A DNA stretch of 18,373 nucleotides from Candidatus Hydrothermarchaeota archaeon (GTDB taxonomy: Archaea; CAYFZR01). The first letter of the stretch is position 1; each line of letters opens with the position of its first letter. The notes under the pieces were generated by a model. It searched no databases. It saw nothing but the letters and a program-made list of their open reading frames with translations, and was not told where the DNA came from. Location: the NCBI GenBank assembly GCA_046760505.1, contig JBHIEG010000031.1:1-18373 (forward strand), read 5' to 3'. Below, piece after piece: positions 17,754 to 18,373 of this stretch. The position numbers and the translations under genes were made by a program.

Positions 17754-18260
17754 ATGAAAAAGTTCATGGACATTTGGATTTGGGCAGAAAACTTGCAGAA
17801 TACAATTCAACCTGAGATAGCATTAGTTTTTGTATCTATTTTACCGTTTATCGAACTTAGGGGAGCAATTCCTATCGGAATACTTGCGTACAAACTTCCT
17901 GTCGAATATGTTTTTGCTGTATGTGTGATCACGAACATTGGGATCGTTCCTATCATATTGTTTTGGCTGAATTATCTCTTAGATTATTTCCTGAGAGTAA
18001 ATGTAATCAGGTATTTTTTTGAGATATCGGTTGTTAGAACTAGAAAGAAGACAGAAAACTTGGTGAAAAAATACGGCGCGCTAGGTCTAACCTTATTCGT
18101 GGCAATTCCTCTTCCCGTAACAGGAGCATGGACAGGAAGTCTTGCTGCTTTCATATTCGGCATAGAACAAAGAAAGGCAATTCTATCGATTGGATTGGGA
18201 GTGTTTATAGCGGGAACAATAGTAACGCTCTCAACCTTAGGAATAATATCGCTGTTCTAA
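17754..18260 (+). CDS. Putative small multi-drug export family membrane protein (COG2426)
   Basis: SILPFIELRGAIPIG and KYGALGLTLFVAIPLPVTGAWTGSLAA signature, with several TM segments. Confidence 0.9.
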   Translation: MKKFMDIWIWAENLQNTIQPEIALVFVSILPFIELRGAIPIGILAYKLPVEYVFAVCVITNIGIVPIILFWLNYLLDYFLRVNVIRYFFEISVVRTRKKTENLVKKYGALGLTLFVAIPLPVTGAWTGSLAAFIFGIEQRKAILSIGLGVFIAGTIVTLSTLGIISLF

Positions 18261-18373
18261 TTAATAGCATTTCCCGTTTTCTAATAATCTTCCTCTTGGA
18301 TTAGCCAGGAGAGGGAAAACTAATGATATCATCGATCTTTACCCAGATAGCCGATTTAGAAGGGCTTGAAGGA

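Noticed and set aside
18301-18373. Possible 3' end of a minus-strand gene entering from the right (...SAIWVKIDDIISFPSPG*)
   Set aside because: It is too short, and other frames are also open at the edge, so it cannot be assigned.

Overview
This is a densely packed, AT-rich archaeal chromosomal window, with archaeal-type genes, BRE/TATA promoters and GGAGGT/GGTGAT Shine-Dalgarno sites. The S-layer leader resembles the Thermococcales/Methanococcales type, but exact taxonomy cannot be fixed from the sequence. The left part (1-4693) is a cell-envelope locus: the 5' end of a major S-layer protein gene (missed by the ORF track), a secreted cell-wall-binding-repeat-2 (CWB2)-like protein with a PepSY-like C-terminus, a membrane-anchored triple Ig-like (DUF11/BatD-type) protein, and a divergent membrane-anchored CxxC thioredoxin-like domain on a helical-repeat stalk. 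The middle holds hisS, an HD-domain (COG1078/SAMHD1-like) hydrolase, the UPF0148/UPF0147 pair and two lipoproteins. The right part is a co-oriented minus-strand run: SAM hydroxide adenosyltransferase (DUF62), nadM, a SAM methyltransferase, a 4xCBS protein, mre11 and rad50, with no herA/nurA. A divergent wHTH gene and a COG2426 membrane protein follow. The most concrete unusual signal is the methyltransferase gene, which is split by a -1 frameshift confined to a short window containing canonical slippery heptamers. Other notable points are the non-canonical Mre11 (GTHE) and Rad50 (ASGGE) motifs, the envelope locus architecture, and perfect palindromes in divergent promoters. No rRNA, tRNA, CRISPR array or mobile element was seen.
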